Source: Dehalococcoidia bacterium
GTDB lineage: Bacteria; Chloroflexota; Dehalococcoidia; Lucifugimonadales; UBA3495
Length of the DNA: 64,000 nt
Reading direction: 5' to 3'
Assembly: GCA_965261945.1 (NCBI GenBank)
Contig: CBDHEF010000002.1
Span: 591,327 to 655,326 of the forward strand
The notes under the pieces are model-generated. The model was not told the origin of the DNA. It did not search any database and saw only the letters and a list, made by a program, of their open reading frames with translations. The translations under genes were made by a program, and so were the position numbers. Below are positions 52,540-60,224 of this stretch, piece after piece (position 1 is the first letter of the stretch; the number at the start of each line of letters is the position of its first letter).

Positions 52540-52577
52540 CTACCGGCGCGACGCTGTAAGCGGTGTCGCGCCGGTAG
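52540..52577 (-). terminator. 13-bp perfect hairpin downstream of the NHL-repeat gene
   Basis: CTACCGGCGCGAC (52540-52552) / GTCGCGCCGGTAG (52565-52577) with a 12-nt loop. No clear U-tract. It also marks the right edge of the low-GC cassette. Confidence 0.5.
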
Positions 52578-52592
52578 CGTTACGGATGGTGG

Positions 52593-53546
52593 CTACACCC
52601 GCCGATACTTGGAGAGGGAGCGGAGTTCCTGCGGCGGGTTGCGGTGCTGGCCGCGGATGGTGTAGGAGACCTCGGCGACGTAGATGTCGCCGTGGGAGTC
52701 TACGGCGATGCCGTGGGGGGCGATGAACTGGCCGCCGCCTTCGCCCTCGTCTGCGGAGCCGAACATAGAGACCCGGTTGCCGCTGAGGTCGTAAATCGAG
52801 ACGCGGTGGCCGAGGCCGGGGGCGTCGTCAACGCCGCCCATGCCGTTCAGCTCGCCCACGTAGATATGCTCGCCCCACAGCACCATTGCGTCGGGGCGGT
52901 GGATGTTGCTCCACATGGTGATGAAGCTGCCTTCGGCGTCGAAAATCTGAATCCGGTGGGCTTCGCGGTCCACCACGTAGACCCGGTTCTCGCTGTCAAT
53001 GGCGATGTTGTGGGGGCGGATGAACTGGCCGGCGTCAATGCCGGGGCTGCCCCATGAGAACTTGTACTCCCTTTCGGTGGAGTAGACGTGAATACGGGAG
53101 TTGCCGTAGCCGTCGGAGACATAGATGTCGCCGTTGCTGGGCATGATGGCGGCGGAGGTTGGGCGGTTGAACGGCTCGCCGCTCCAGCGGCCCGCCGGGT
53201 TGTTGCGCTCGCCCAACTCCCAGACCTTCTCGCCGCTGGCGCTGAACTTCTGGATGGTGTGAATCCCGTCGTCGGCGGCCAGCACGGAATCGTCGTGGCC
53301 GATGTAGAGGCCGTGGGTGCGGTTGTCGCTGAACAGCCCCTCGCCGAAGGAACGCACATAGTTGCCGTCGCGGTCGAAAACCATGATTGGATTCTTGCCG
53401 CGGGTCAGCACGAAGACGTTGTCGCTGGAGTCACAGGCCACGCCGGGGCATTCCTGGAAATTAACGCCGTCGGGCAGTTTGGCCCAGTCCTCGACGAATT
53501 CGTATCGAAAATCACCTACGCCGTAAACTTCTGGCATTCTTATCAT
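52593..53546 (-). CDS. NHL-repeat beta-propeller protein (peptidyl-alpha-hydroxyglycine alpha-amidating lyase-like)
   Basis: Repeated ..G.F..P.GIA.D..G.IYV.D....RI..F blades (e.g. GQFIRPHNIAIDSENRVYVVDREAHRIQIF, GQFIAPHGIAVDSHGDIYVAE). No signal peptide. Confidence 0.8.
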   Translation of the reverse strand: MIRMPEVYGVGDFRYEFVEDWAKLPDGVNFQECPGVACDSSDNVFVLTRGKNPIMVFDRDGNYVRSFGEGLFSDNRTHGLYIGHDDSVLAADDGIHTIQKFSASGEKVWELGERNNPAGRWSGEPFNRPTSAAIMPSNGDIYVSDGYGNSRIHVYSTEREYKFSWGSPGIDAGQFIRPHNIAIDSENRVYVVDREAHRIQIFDAEGSFITMWSNIHRPDAMVLWGEHIYVGELNGMGGVDDAPGLGHRVSIYDLSGNRVSMFGSADEGEGGGQFIAPHGIAVDSHGDIYVAEVSYTIRGQHRNPPQELRSLSKYRRV

Positions 53547-53609
53547 CCTTTCGTAGCGGATTTGCCGGGCCGCACAGACAGACTTCCGGCGGCGGGCAGG
53601 GGTAATCGT

Positions 53610-53644
53610 AAGCCCGCCCTATTGGAGTGTCAACGGGCGGGCTT
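53610..53644 (-). terminator. 10-bp hairpin downstream of the VOC gene
   Basis: AAGCCCGCCC (53610-53619) / GGGCGGGCTT (53635-53644). Confidence 0.45.
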
Positions 53645-53658
53645 CTGGGGCTTTGCGG

Positions 53659-54032
53659 TCAGTAGGACGCGCTTGGGTCAGACTGGTGGAAACCGATTGG
53701 GTTGCCTTCGGTATCCTGGCAGATGGCGTTGTAGCCAACTCCGGGAATGGGTATCTTTGGCTGGACTACCGTGCCGCCCCCTCCTGGATTCGGGGCAGGT
53801 ACTGATCGATGGCCTCAACGTCAACGTAATTCATGCCCTTCATGCCGTGGGGTGGGCGTCGGGTGATTGCGCGATTGATGCCGGGACCGTCGGTGCCTGT
53901 CGACACCAGCTGGAAGTCCATTTGCGGAGGACCGTCCCGCCGGGTGATCTCCCGGCCGAACAAGTCGGCGTAGAACTTGTGAGCGCGGTCCACATCGTCG
54001 CCGTAGATATCGAAATGTACGATCCTCGGCAT
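53659..54032 (-). pseudogene. Glyoxalase/VOC-family gene with a 1-nt frameshift (or assembly error) in a C/G homopolymer
   Basis: The N-terminal frame reads MPRIVHFDIYGDDVDRAHKFYADLFG...QYLPRIQEGAAR and then stops. The next frame continues GGTVVQPKIPIPGVGYNAICQDTEGNPIGFHQSD, a typical VOC C-terminus. The shift is at the CCCCC run near 53766-53772. Confidence 0.6.
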
Positions 54033-54097
54033 GGTTACTCCAATTTGTCGCAACGTTTTCCTTGATCAGCAAGGCCAGGAAAATGACCCAATCGCAC

Positions 54098-54128
54098 TGT
54101 AGGGGCGGGTTTCAAACCCGCCCCTACA
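54098..54128. repeat. 31-nt near-perfect palindrome TGTAGGGGCGGGTTT-C-AAACCCGCCCCTACA
   Basis: 15-bp arms. It lies downstream of the GMC oxidoreductase stop and is related in its GTAGGGGCG core to the hairpin at 47215. Confidence 0.6.
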
Positions 54129-54172
54129 CTTTGGCCAGATGAATCAGGAGACGGTCCCTATTCGCGGCGCCA

Positions 54173-55771
54173 CTATCTTATGGAGTCGCGGCCCTCGCCC
54201 TTGAGAAAGTCGGCGGTGCGGAGAGCGAGCGCTTGAATGGTGGACGTGGGATTGATGCAGGCGCTGGTGGTAAAGATGCTGCCGTCGACGATGAACAGGT
54301 TTGGCACGTCGTGGCAGCGGCCCCAGCGGTCTACCACCGAGTTGCCGGGGTCTGTCCCCATCCTCGCCGTTCCCAGCAGGTGCCAGCCGGCGTTGCGGCG
54401 CAGGCGGGATGTCATAATCTGCTTGGCGCCGGCGGCTTCCATCACTTCCCTGGCCCGCTCGACGCCGTGATCCAGCATCCGGTTGGTGTTTTCGCTGACG
54501 GTATACTCCACCTTGACTGCCGGGATTCCGTTGCTGTCCGTGTCGTTGGGGTCGAGGGTGACCTGGTTATGCGCTTCGGGCAGGTCTTCGGTCATTATGG
54601 TGATGCCGACGGTGTGGCCGAAGCGTTCATCGAATGCCCGGTGGTGTCCCTCGCCCCACGGAATCCGCTCACCCAGCAGCCCGCCGAGGGCCGTGGGCAG
54701 CGGGGAGCCGCCGAGGGCGAGGATCTGAAGGTCGTAGCCGCGCACGAAGCCCCGGCTGGTATCGGTCTCGTAGAATTCCTGGCTGAGCATTGTGCTGCCG
54801 CGAGGGAAACCGTCCTCGGTGCCCAGCCATTCGTCGAATACGCCGACCACCACGCCCGCGGGATGGTGCATCAGGCACTTGCCCACCAAGCCGCTGCTGT
54901 TCGCCAGCCCGTCCGGGAACAGCGGCGACGTCGAGTTCAGCAGCAGTCGCGGCGTGCCGATGCCGTTGCAGGCCATGACCACCGCCTTGGCCTTCTGCTC
55001 GATCAGGTTGCCGTCGGCGTCGTAGTACAGTACGCCGGTGGCTTTCCCGGAACTGTCAACCAGTATCTCACGGACGCGGGCGTTGGTTTTGAGCCGCGCG
55101 CCCAGTTCCAGGGCCTTTGGCCAATAGGTCAGGTCGGTGCTGGCCAGGGAGCGCAGGTATCCGCCGGAGTCCGGCTCGCGACCGTCGTACTCCACCGACG
55201 GAATGGCGGTGTCGGCGGCCCACCAGTGCCAGCCCAGCTTGTCGAAGCCCTTGGCCAGGGCCTGGCCGCCTGGCCTGATGGACAGCGGAGGGCAGGGCCG
55301 CTCGGGCTTGGGCGGATAGGCCGGATCGCCACGGAGACCCGAAACGCCCATGATTCGGTCGTTCAGGTCGAAGTATGGCTCCAGCTCATCGTAGGTCAGC
55401 GGCCAGTCGTCGGCCACGCCGTCCAATGTCCGCACCCGGAAATCGGAAGGATGGAAGCGCGGGTAGTGCGAACCGTAGTGCACCGTGCTGCCGCCTACCG
55501 CGTTATACATATACGGCGCGATGGGGGAGGCGTCGCTGTTGACCGGGTAGTCCTCCGGTAGCCGGCGCACACTGGGATCCGGGTGGAAATCCGTCTGCCA
55601 GTGGAGCTGGCTGTCGGCATTGGTGGCCGGGAAGGCATCGCGGGCCACCCAGTCGCCCTGCTCGAGGCAGAGGACGTCGATGCCGGCCTCGGCCAGGCTC
55701 CAGACCAAGGCCGCGCCGGAAGCTCCTGCCCCGATTACCAGCACGTCGGGGATGTCTTGGTTGCTTGCCAT
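54173..55771 (-). CDS. GMC-family FAD-dependent oxidoreductase
   Basis: N-terminal DVLVIGAGASGAALVWSLAEAGIDVLCLEQG and a C-terminal GMC signature region (HLLGTARMG...NLFIVDGSIF). Confidence 0.9.
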   Translation of the reverse strand: MASNQDIPDVLVIGAGASGAALVWSLAEAGIDVLCLEQGDWVARDAFPATNADSQLHWQTDFHPDPSVRRLPEDYPVNSDASPIAPYMYNAVGGSTVHYGSHYPRFHPSDFRVRTLDGVADDWPLTYDELEPYFDLNDRIMGVSGLRGDPAYPPKPERPCPPLSIRPGGQALAKGFDKLGWHWWAADTAIPSVEYDGREPDSGGYLRSLASTDLTYWPKALELGARLKTNARVREILVDSSGKATGVLYYDADGNLIEQKAKAVVMACNGIGTPRLLLNSTSPLFPDGLANSSGLVGKCLMHHPAGVVVGVFDEWLGTEDGFPRGSTMLSQEFYETDTSRGFVRGYDLQILALGGSPLPTALGGLLGERIPWGEGHHRAFDERFGHTVGITIMTEDLPEAHNQVTLDPNDTDSNGIPAVKVEYTVSENTNRMLDHGVERAREVMEAAGAKQIMTSRLRRNAGWHLLGTARMGTDPGNSVVDRWGRCHDVPNLFIVDGSIFTTSACINPTSTIQALALRTADFLKGEGRDSIR

Positions 55772-55837
55772 CTCATTTCTCCGCTGTTGTAGTCAATCCT
55801 ACCTAACGGAACGGATTGCCGTGGCCGGCCTGTCTAT

Positions 55838-55873
55838 CCCCTCTCCGTCTGGGACGGGGTCAGGGTGAGGGCG
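55838..55873 (+). repeat. REP-like intergenic repeat
   Basis: CCCCTCTCCGTCTGGGACGGGGTCAGGGTGAGGGCG. Confidence 0.6.
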
Positions 55874-55878
55874 ATCCT

Positions 55879-57078
55879 CTAACCGCGCTCGAACACTGCG
55901 GCCACGCCCTGACCTCCGCCCACGCACATGGTTTCGAGGCCGAACTGGGAGTTGCGGCGCTCCATCTCGTGCAGCAGGGTGGTGAGGATGCGGGCGCCGG
56001 TGGCGGCTATGGGGTGGCCCAGCGAGATGCCTGAGCCGTTGACGTTCAGGTTGTCTTCGTGAGGCAGCTTCCACTCGCGCAGAACCGCCAGCACCTGGGC
56101 GGCGAAGGCTTCATTCAGCTCGATCAGGTCCATATCCTCGAGCGACAGGCCGATCTTTGCCATTACCTTGTTGACCGCCGGCACCGGGCCGATGCCCATG
56201 GTCGCCGGGTGACAGCCGGTCACGGCCCAGCCGCGCAGGAAGGCCATCGGGGTCAGCCCCAACTCCTCCAGCTTATCCTCGGCGACCACCAGACACACCG
56301 ATGCTGCGTCGTTCTGGCTGCTGGCGTTGCCTGCCGAAACCGAACCGTCGCGCATCACCGGGCGGAGGCGGGCAAGGGCTTCCATAGTCGTGTCGGCGCG
56401 GGGTCCCTCATCGCGCTCGAAGGGCGCCGGGTCACCGCGTCGCTGCGGGACTGGGATAGCCACGATCTCGCCGTCAAACCTGCCCTCGGTCTGGGCGGCG
56501 ACGGCTCGCTGGTGGCTTCGGAGGGCGTATTCGTCCTGCTCCTGGCGGGAGATTTCGTACTCGCGGGCCAGGTTCTCGGCGGTCTCCACCATGCCGCCTG
56601 GTATGGGGCCGAAACGCTCGTCGGGCGAGATGGTCACGCGGGCGCGGGCCAGCCGGTCGTGAAAGGTTACGGAGCCGTAACGAGCGCCCCAACGGGACTC
56701 GTTGCTGTAGAACTCGGCGCCGCTCATGCTCTCGACGCCGCCCGCAATGACCACATCGGCGTTGTCGGTCTGCACCAGCATACTGGCGTTCAGGATGGCC
56801 TGAAGGCCCGAGGAGCAGCGGCGGTCCAGTTGGTAGCCCGGCACCTCGATGGGCAGGCCGGCTTTGAGCGCGGCCAGCCGCCCGATGGCCGGGTTCTCGC
56901 CACTGGGATAGCCGTGGCCGAGAATAACGTCGTCGACCTTGGCCGGGTCGAGTTGCGAACGGTACAGGGCTTCCTTGATGACCGTGCTGGCCAACTCGGC
57001 GGCCGAGACATCCCGCAGGGCGCCGCCGAAGTTTCCAACGGCAGTGCGGACAGGTGAGACTATGGCAACGCGACGCAT
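55879..57078 (-). CDS. Acetyl-CoA C-acetyltransferase (thiolase II)
   Basis: Active-site Cys region [12 protein letters not shown] plus the C-terminal [17 protein letters not shown] and CVGGGQG. Confidence 0.95.
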   Translation of the reverse strand: MRRVAIVSPVRTAVGNFGGALRDVSAAELASTVIKEALYRSQLDPAKVDDVILGHGYPSGENPAIGRLAALKAGLPIEVPGYQLDRRCSSGLQAILNASMLVQTDNADVVIAGGVESMSGAEFYSNESRWGARYGSVTFHDRLARARVTISPDERFGPIPGGMVETAENLAREYEISRQEQDEYALRSHQRAVAAQTEGRFDGEIVAIPVPQRRGDPAPFERDEGPRADTTMEALARLRPVMRDGSVSAGNASSQNDAASVCLVVAEDKLEELGLTPMAFLRGWAVTGCHPATMGIGPVPAVNKVMAKIGLSLEDMDLIELNEAFAAQVLAVLREWKLPHEDNLNVNGSGISLGHPIAATGARILTTLLHEMERRNSQFGLETMCVGGGQGVAAVFERG

Positions 57079-57108
57079 GACACGCTCCTAATTCAATGAT
57101 AAAGCGAG

Positions 57109-57149
57109 CCGGAAATCCTAACCCGGAAATCCTAACCCGAAATTTCCGG
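57109..57149. repeat. Perfect 14-bp tandem duplication CCGGAAATCCTAAC x2, plus a partial third copy forming an inverted repeat
   Basis: Copies at 57109-57122 and 57123-57136. CCGGAAAT (57123-57130) pairs with ATTTCCGG (57142-57149). Confidence 0.8.
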
Positions 57150-57200
57150 CTATGATAACCCGCTTCCGGCGGCCCTGTCGAATGACGAGAAGAGACGTCT

Positions 57201-58382
57201 TCAGCTTGCCACGCCCTCTATCAATTGCAGGTATTTGTAGCCGGAGCCGGTGTTGAACAACACCGTGGTCTCGTCGCGGCGAAGGAAGCCCTCATTGATG
57301 AGGCGCTTGTAGGCGACCAGCGTGGCCGCGCCCTCGGGGCAGGCGAAAATGCCCTCGGCGGTGGCAAGCTCGTACATTGCCGCTATCATCTCGGCGTCGG
57401 ATACGGCCAGCGCCGTTCCGCCGGTGTCGCGGATGGCGCGGAGCATCAGATAGTCGGCGAAGGGACCGGGAACGCGCAGGCCATCGGCGACGGTGGAGGC
57501 GTTTGGCCACGGCTCGGCGGTGTCCTTTCCTTCATGGAACGCCTTGACGATGGGTTGGCAGCCCTCGGCCTGTACTGCGATGAACTTGGGAAGGTCGCCT
57601 TCGATCCAGCCCAACTCCAGGAGTTCCAGGAATCCCTTGTGCATCCCGATGATGCCAGTACCGCCGCCGGCAGGGTATATGATCGCCTCGGGCATCCGCC
57701 AGCCGAACTGCATCGCCAGTTCCAGCCCCATGGACTTTTTGCCCTCGGCCCGGTAGGGCTCCTTGAGCGTCGAGAGATCGAACAGGCCTTGCTCCTGAGC
57801 CACCGCCACAGCCTGCCGGCCAGCGTCGCCAATCAACCCATCAACCAGGTTCAGCTCGGAACCGGCGACAAGGCATTCCTTTTTGTTGGAGTCAGGGGCG
57901 TCCTGGGGCATGAACACCTTGGCCGACAACCCGGCGCGGGCGCAGTAGGCGGCGGCGGCTCCGGCAGCGTTGCCCGCCGACGGCATGGTGAACCCGGCTG
58001 CGCCCAACTCCATTCCCTTTGATATGGCGGCGGCGATGCCCCGGGCCTTGAAGGTTCCGGTGGGGTTCAACCCCTCTTCCTTTACATAAAGGTTGGACAC
58101 GCCCAGGGTTTGTTCCAGATTTTTCACTCCCAAGAGTGGAGTGCCGCCCTCGCCCAAAGTTACGATGTTGGCGGGGTCTTCTACAGGCAGCAACTCGGCG
58201 AACCGCCACATATTCGCGGGCCGCTCCACCATCCGGTCGCGGTCAACCTCGGCGCGGATGCGGGCAAGGTCGTAACGGGCGTACAAGACCTTGCCGCAGC
58301 AGGGGCTGACGCCGGAGAGCCTCCCCGACGGGTACGTCGCGCCGCAAACGGTGCACTCAAGGTGAGAGAGATAGCTGGTCAT
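57201..58382 (-). CDS. thrC: Threonine synthase (with N-terminal zinc-ribbon)
   Basis: N-terminal CTVCG...CCG and the PLP-lysine motif NPTGTFKARG. Confidence 0.9.
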   Translation of the reverse strand: MTSYLSHLECTVCGATYPSGRLSGVSPCCGKVLYARYDLARIRAEVDRDRMVERPANMWRFAELLPVEDPANIVTLGEGGTPLLGVKNLEQTLGVSNLYVKEEGLNPTGTFKARGIAAAISKGMELGAAGFTMPSAGNAAGAAAAYCARAGLSAKVFMPQDAPDSNKKECLVAGSELNLVDGLIGDAGRQAVAVAQEQGLFDLSTLKEPYRAEGKKSMGLELAMQFGWRMPEAIIYPAGGGTGIIGMHKGFLELLELGWIEGDLPKFIAVQAEGCQPIVKAFHEGKDTAEPWPNASTVADGLRVPGPFADYLMLRAIRDTGGTALAVSDAEMIAAMYELATAEGIFACPEGAATLVAYKRLINEGFLRRDETTVLFNTGSGYKYLQLIEGVAS

Positions 58383-58399
58383 AGTGGGGCGCCTCCGTA

Positions 58400-58427
58400 T
58401 ATTTCAGGCTGGGTATTTCAGGCTGGG
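58400..58427. repeat. Perfect 14-bp tandem duplication TATTTCAGGCTGGG x2 in the thrC 5' leader
   Basis: Copies at 58400-58413 and 58414-58427, 17 nt upstream of the thrC start on the minus strand (just 5' of its GGAGG RBS). Confidence 0.8.
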
Positions 58428-58635
58428 TAGGTAGTATGTGGCCAAGTCAATTTAACCACAGAGCGCGGCGGCAGCACAAAGCGGAAGCGCGGTTTCGATA
58501 CCATAGCCAGGGTGTGATTGCCCTGATTGAGCCATCATCGTATTGTGCCGCCTGCCGGGGCGCGGCTATAATTCGGCTTTGAGCTTGGCAGTTGAGGGTG
58601 CGCACGGCGCGGGCTGCGCTACTCCGAGGAAGGGA

Positions 58636-60021
58636 ATGGAATCTAGCTTTGATCTGGTGGTAATCGGATCCGGTCCCGGCGGTTATGTGGCCGCCATCCG
58701 GGCCGGCCAGCTCGGGATGAAAACGGCCATCGTCGAAAGAGAAGCCTTGGGAGGCACCTGTCTGAACTGGGGCTGCATCCCCACCAAGGCCCTGCTTAGG
58801 AACGCCGAGATAGTCTCCTATGTGCGGCGCGCCGACGAGTTCGGGCTGAAATTCGACGGGTTCCACGCCGACTATTCGGTGGCTATGTCCCGTAGCCGCA
58901 GGGTGGTGGACCGCAACACGCGGGGAGTGCGGTTCCTGCTCAGGAAGAACAACGTCCAGCACATAGAGGGGACGGGCCGTCTCGCCGGCCCCAACCGGGT
59001 TGCGGTCGAACCGGACGGCGCGGTTGTCGAGGCCAAGAATATAATCATCGCCACCGGCGCAAGGCCGCGCAGCATTCCCTCTCTGCCCATCGACGGACAG
59101 CGCATCATTTCCAGCCGCGAATCCGTGGTTCTGACCGACCTGCCGTCGTCCATGGTCATCGTCGGCGGTGGGGCCATCGGCGTTGAGTTCGCCTATATCT
59201 ACGCCATGTACGGCGTAGAGGTCACCATAGTAGAACTCCTGCCCCGCCTGGTTCCCAATGAGGATGAAGAAATCAGCGCCCAACTGGAGCGCTCGTTCCG
59301 CTCGCAGGGAATGAATATCCTGACCGGAGCTGGCGTAACCGGCGTACAGCAACGGTCCGACGGCGTCACCGTTTCGGTGGACACCAGCGGAGAAACACAG
59401 TCCATTGACGCCGGCATGGTGCTGGTGGCCATCGGCGTCCAGCCCAACGTGGAAGAGTTGGGCTTGGAGGCGGCCGGTGTCGCTGTGGAGCGCTCAGGCA
59501 TCACAACCGACGAGTTCATGGCGACCAACGTGCCGGGCGTATATGCCATCGGGGACGTTACCGGCAAGATGCCGTTGGCCCATGTGGCATCGGCCCAGGC
59601 GGTCACCGCCGTGGAGCACATCATGGGGATGGAACCCCAGCCGTTGGACTACGTGAATATGCCCCGGACCACCTACTGCAACCCGCAGATAGCCAGCTTC
59701 GGACTGACCGAGGCGCAGGCCAGGGAGCAGGGGTACGACGTAAGCGTGGGCGTTTTCAACGCTCTGGCCAACGGCAAGGCCCTGGCCATGGGCGAGACCG
59801 AGGGAATGGTCAAACTGGTGGTCGATTCCCGCTACGGTGAGTTGCTGGGCGGCCACATGATCGGCCCGGAGGTCACCGAGTTGCTGGGCGAGCTTTCGAT
59901 GACACGGATGCTGGAAGGCACCACATTGGAGTTGGGCTGGACGGTCCACCCCCATCCGTCCCTTTCCGAGATGTTGAAGGAGGCGGCTCTGTCGGCTCAG
60001 GGAAGGGCGGTACATATGTAG
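58636..60021 (+). CDS. lpd: Dihydrolipoyl dehydrogenase (E3)
   Basis: FDLVVIGSGPGGYVAAIRA, redox-active GGTCLNWGCIPTK, and C-terminal HPHPSLSE. Confidence 0.95.
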   Translation: MESSFDLVVIGSGPGGYVAAIRAGQLGMKTAIVEREALGGTCLNWGCIPTKALLRNAEIVSYVRRADEFGLKFDGFHADYSVAMSRSRRVVDRNTRGVRFLLRKNNVQHIEGTGRLAGPNRVAVEPDGAVVEAKNIIIATGARPRSIPSLPIDGQRIISSRESVVLTDLPSSMVIVGGGAIGVEFAYIYAMYGVEVTIVELLPRLVPNEDEEISAQLERSFRSQGMNILTGAGVTGVQQRSDGVTVSVDTSGETQSIDAGMVLVAIGVQPNVEELGLEAAGVAVERSGITTDEFMATNVPGVYAIGDVTGKMPLAHVASAQAVTAVEHIMGMEPQPLDYVNMPRTTYCNPQIASFGLTEAQAREQGYDVSVGVFNALANGKALAMGETEGMVKLVVDSRYGELLGGHMIGPEVTELLGELSMTRMLEGTTLELGWTVHPHPSLSEMLKEAALSAQGRAVHM

Positions 60022-60224
60022 CCGAGCTGTCGGGGACGGGATCTCTGAGGAGACATAACTGTATTCGTAAAACGCAAGGGCTGTTTTGACGCAATCCGGC
60101 AAATAGTTTGTGCAGTGGCAGAGAGCGGCATTATACTGTGGCCGCGAGCAAACCCGATTTGGATGTTACCCGGTCCCGCCGCCGCCCGCAGGCGTTGGCG
60201 GGACCTGATTGCAGGAGCGTATTG

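Noticed and set aside
53088-54065. 325-aa plus-strand ORF
   Set aside because: Antisense to the NHL-repeat gene and the VOC gene; Ala/Gly/Val-rich with no motifs.
54233-55561. 442-aa plus-strand ORF
   Set aside because: Antisense shadow of the GMC oxidoreductase.
60108-60137. Sigma70-like hexamers TTGTGC-N18-TATACT upstream of korA (also TGTATAAT at 16087-16094 upstream of the maoC-plsX-fabG cluster)
   Set aside because: These are plausible promoters, but hexamer matches alone are not sufficient evidence, and the promoter consensus for this lineage is unknown. They are not reported as features.
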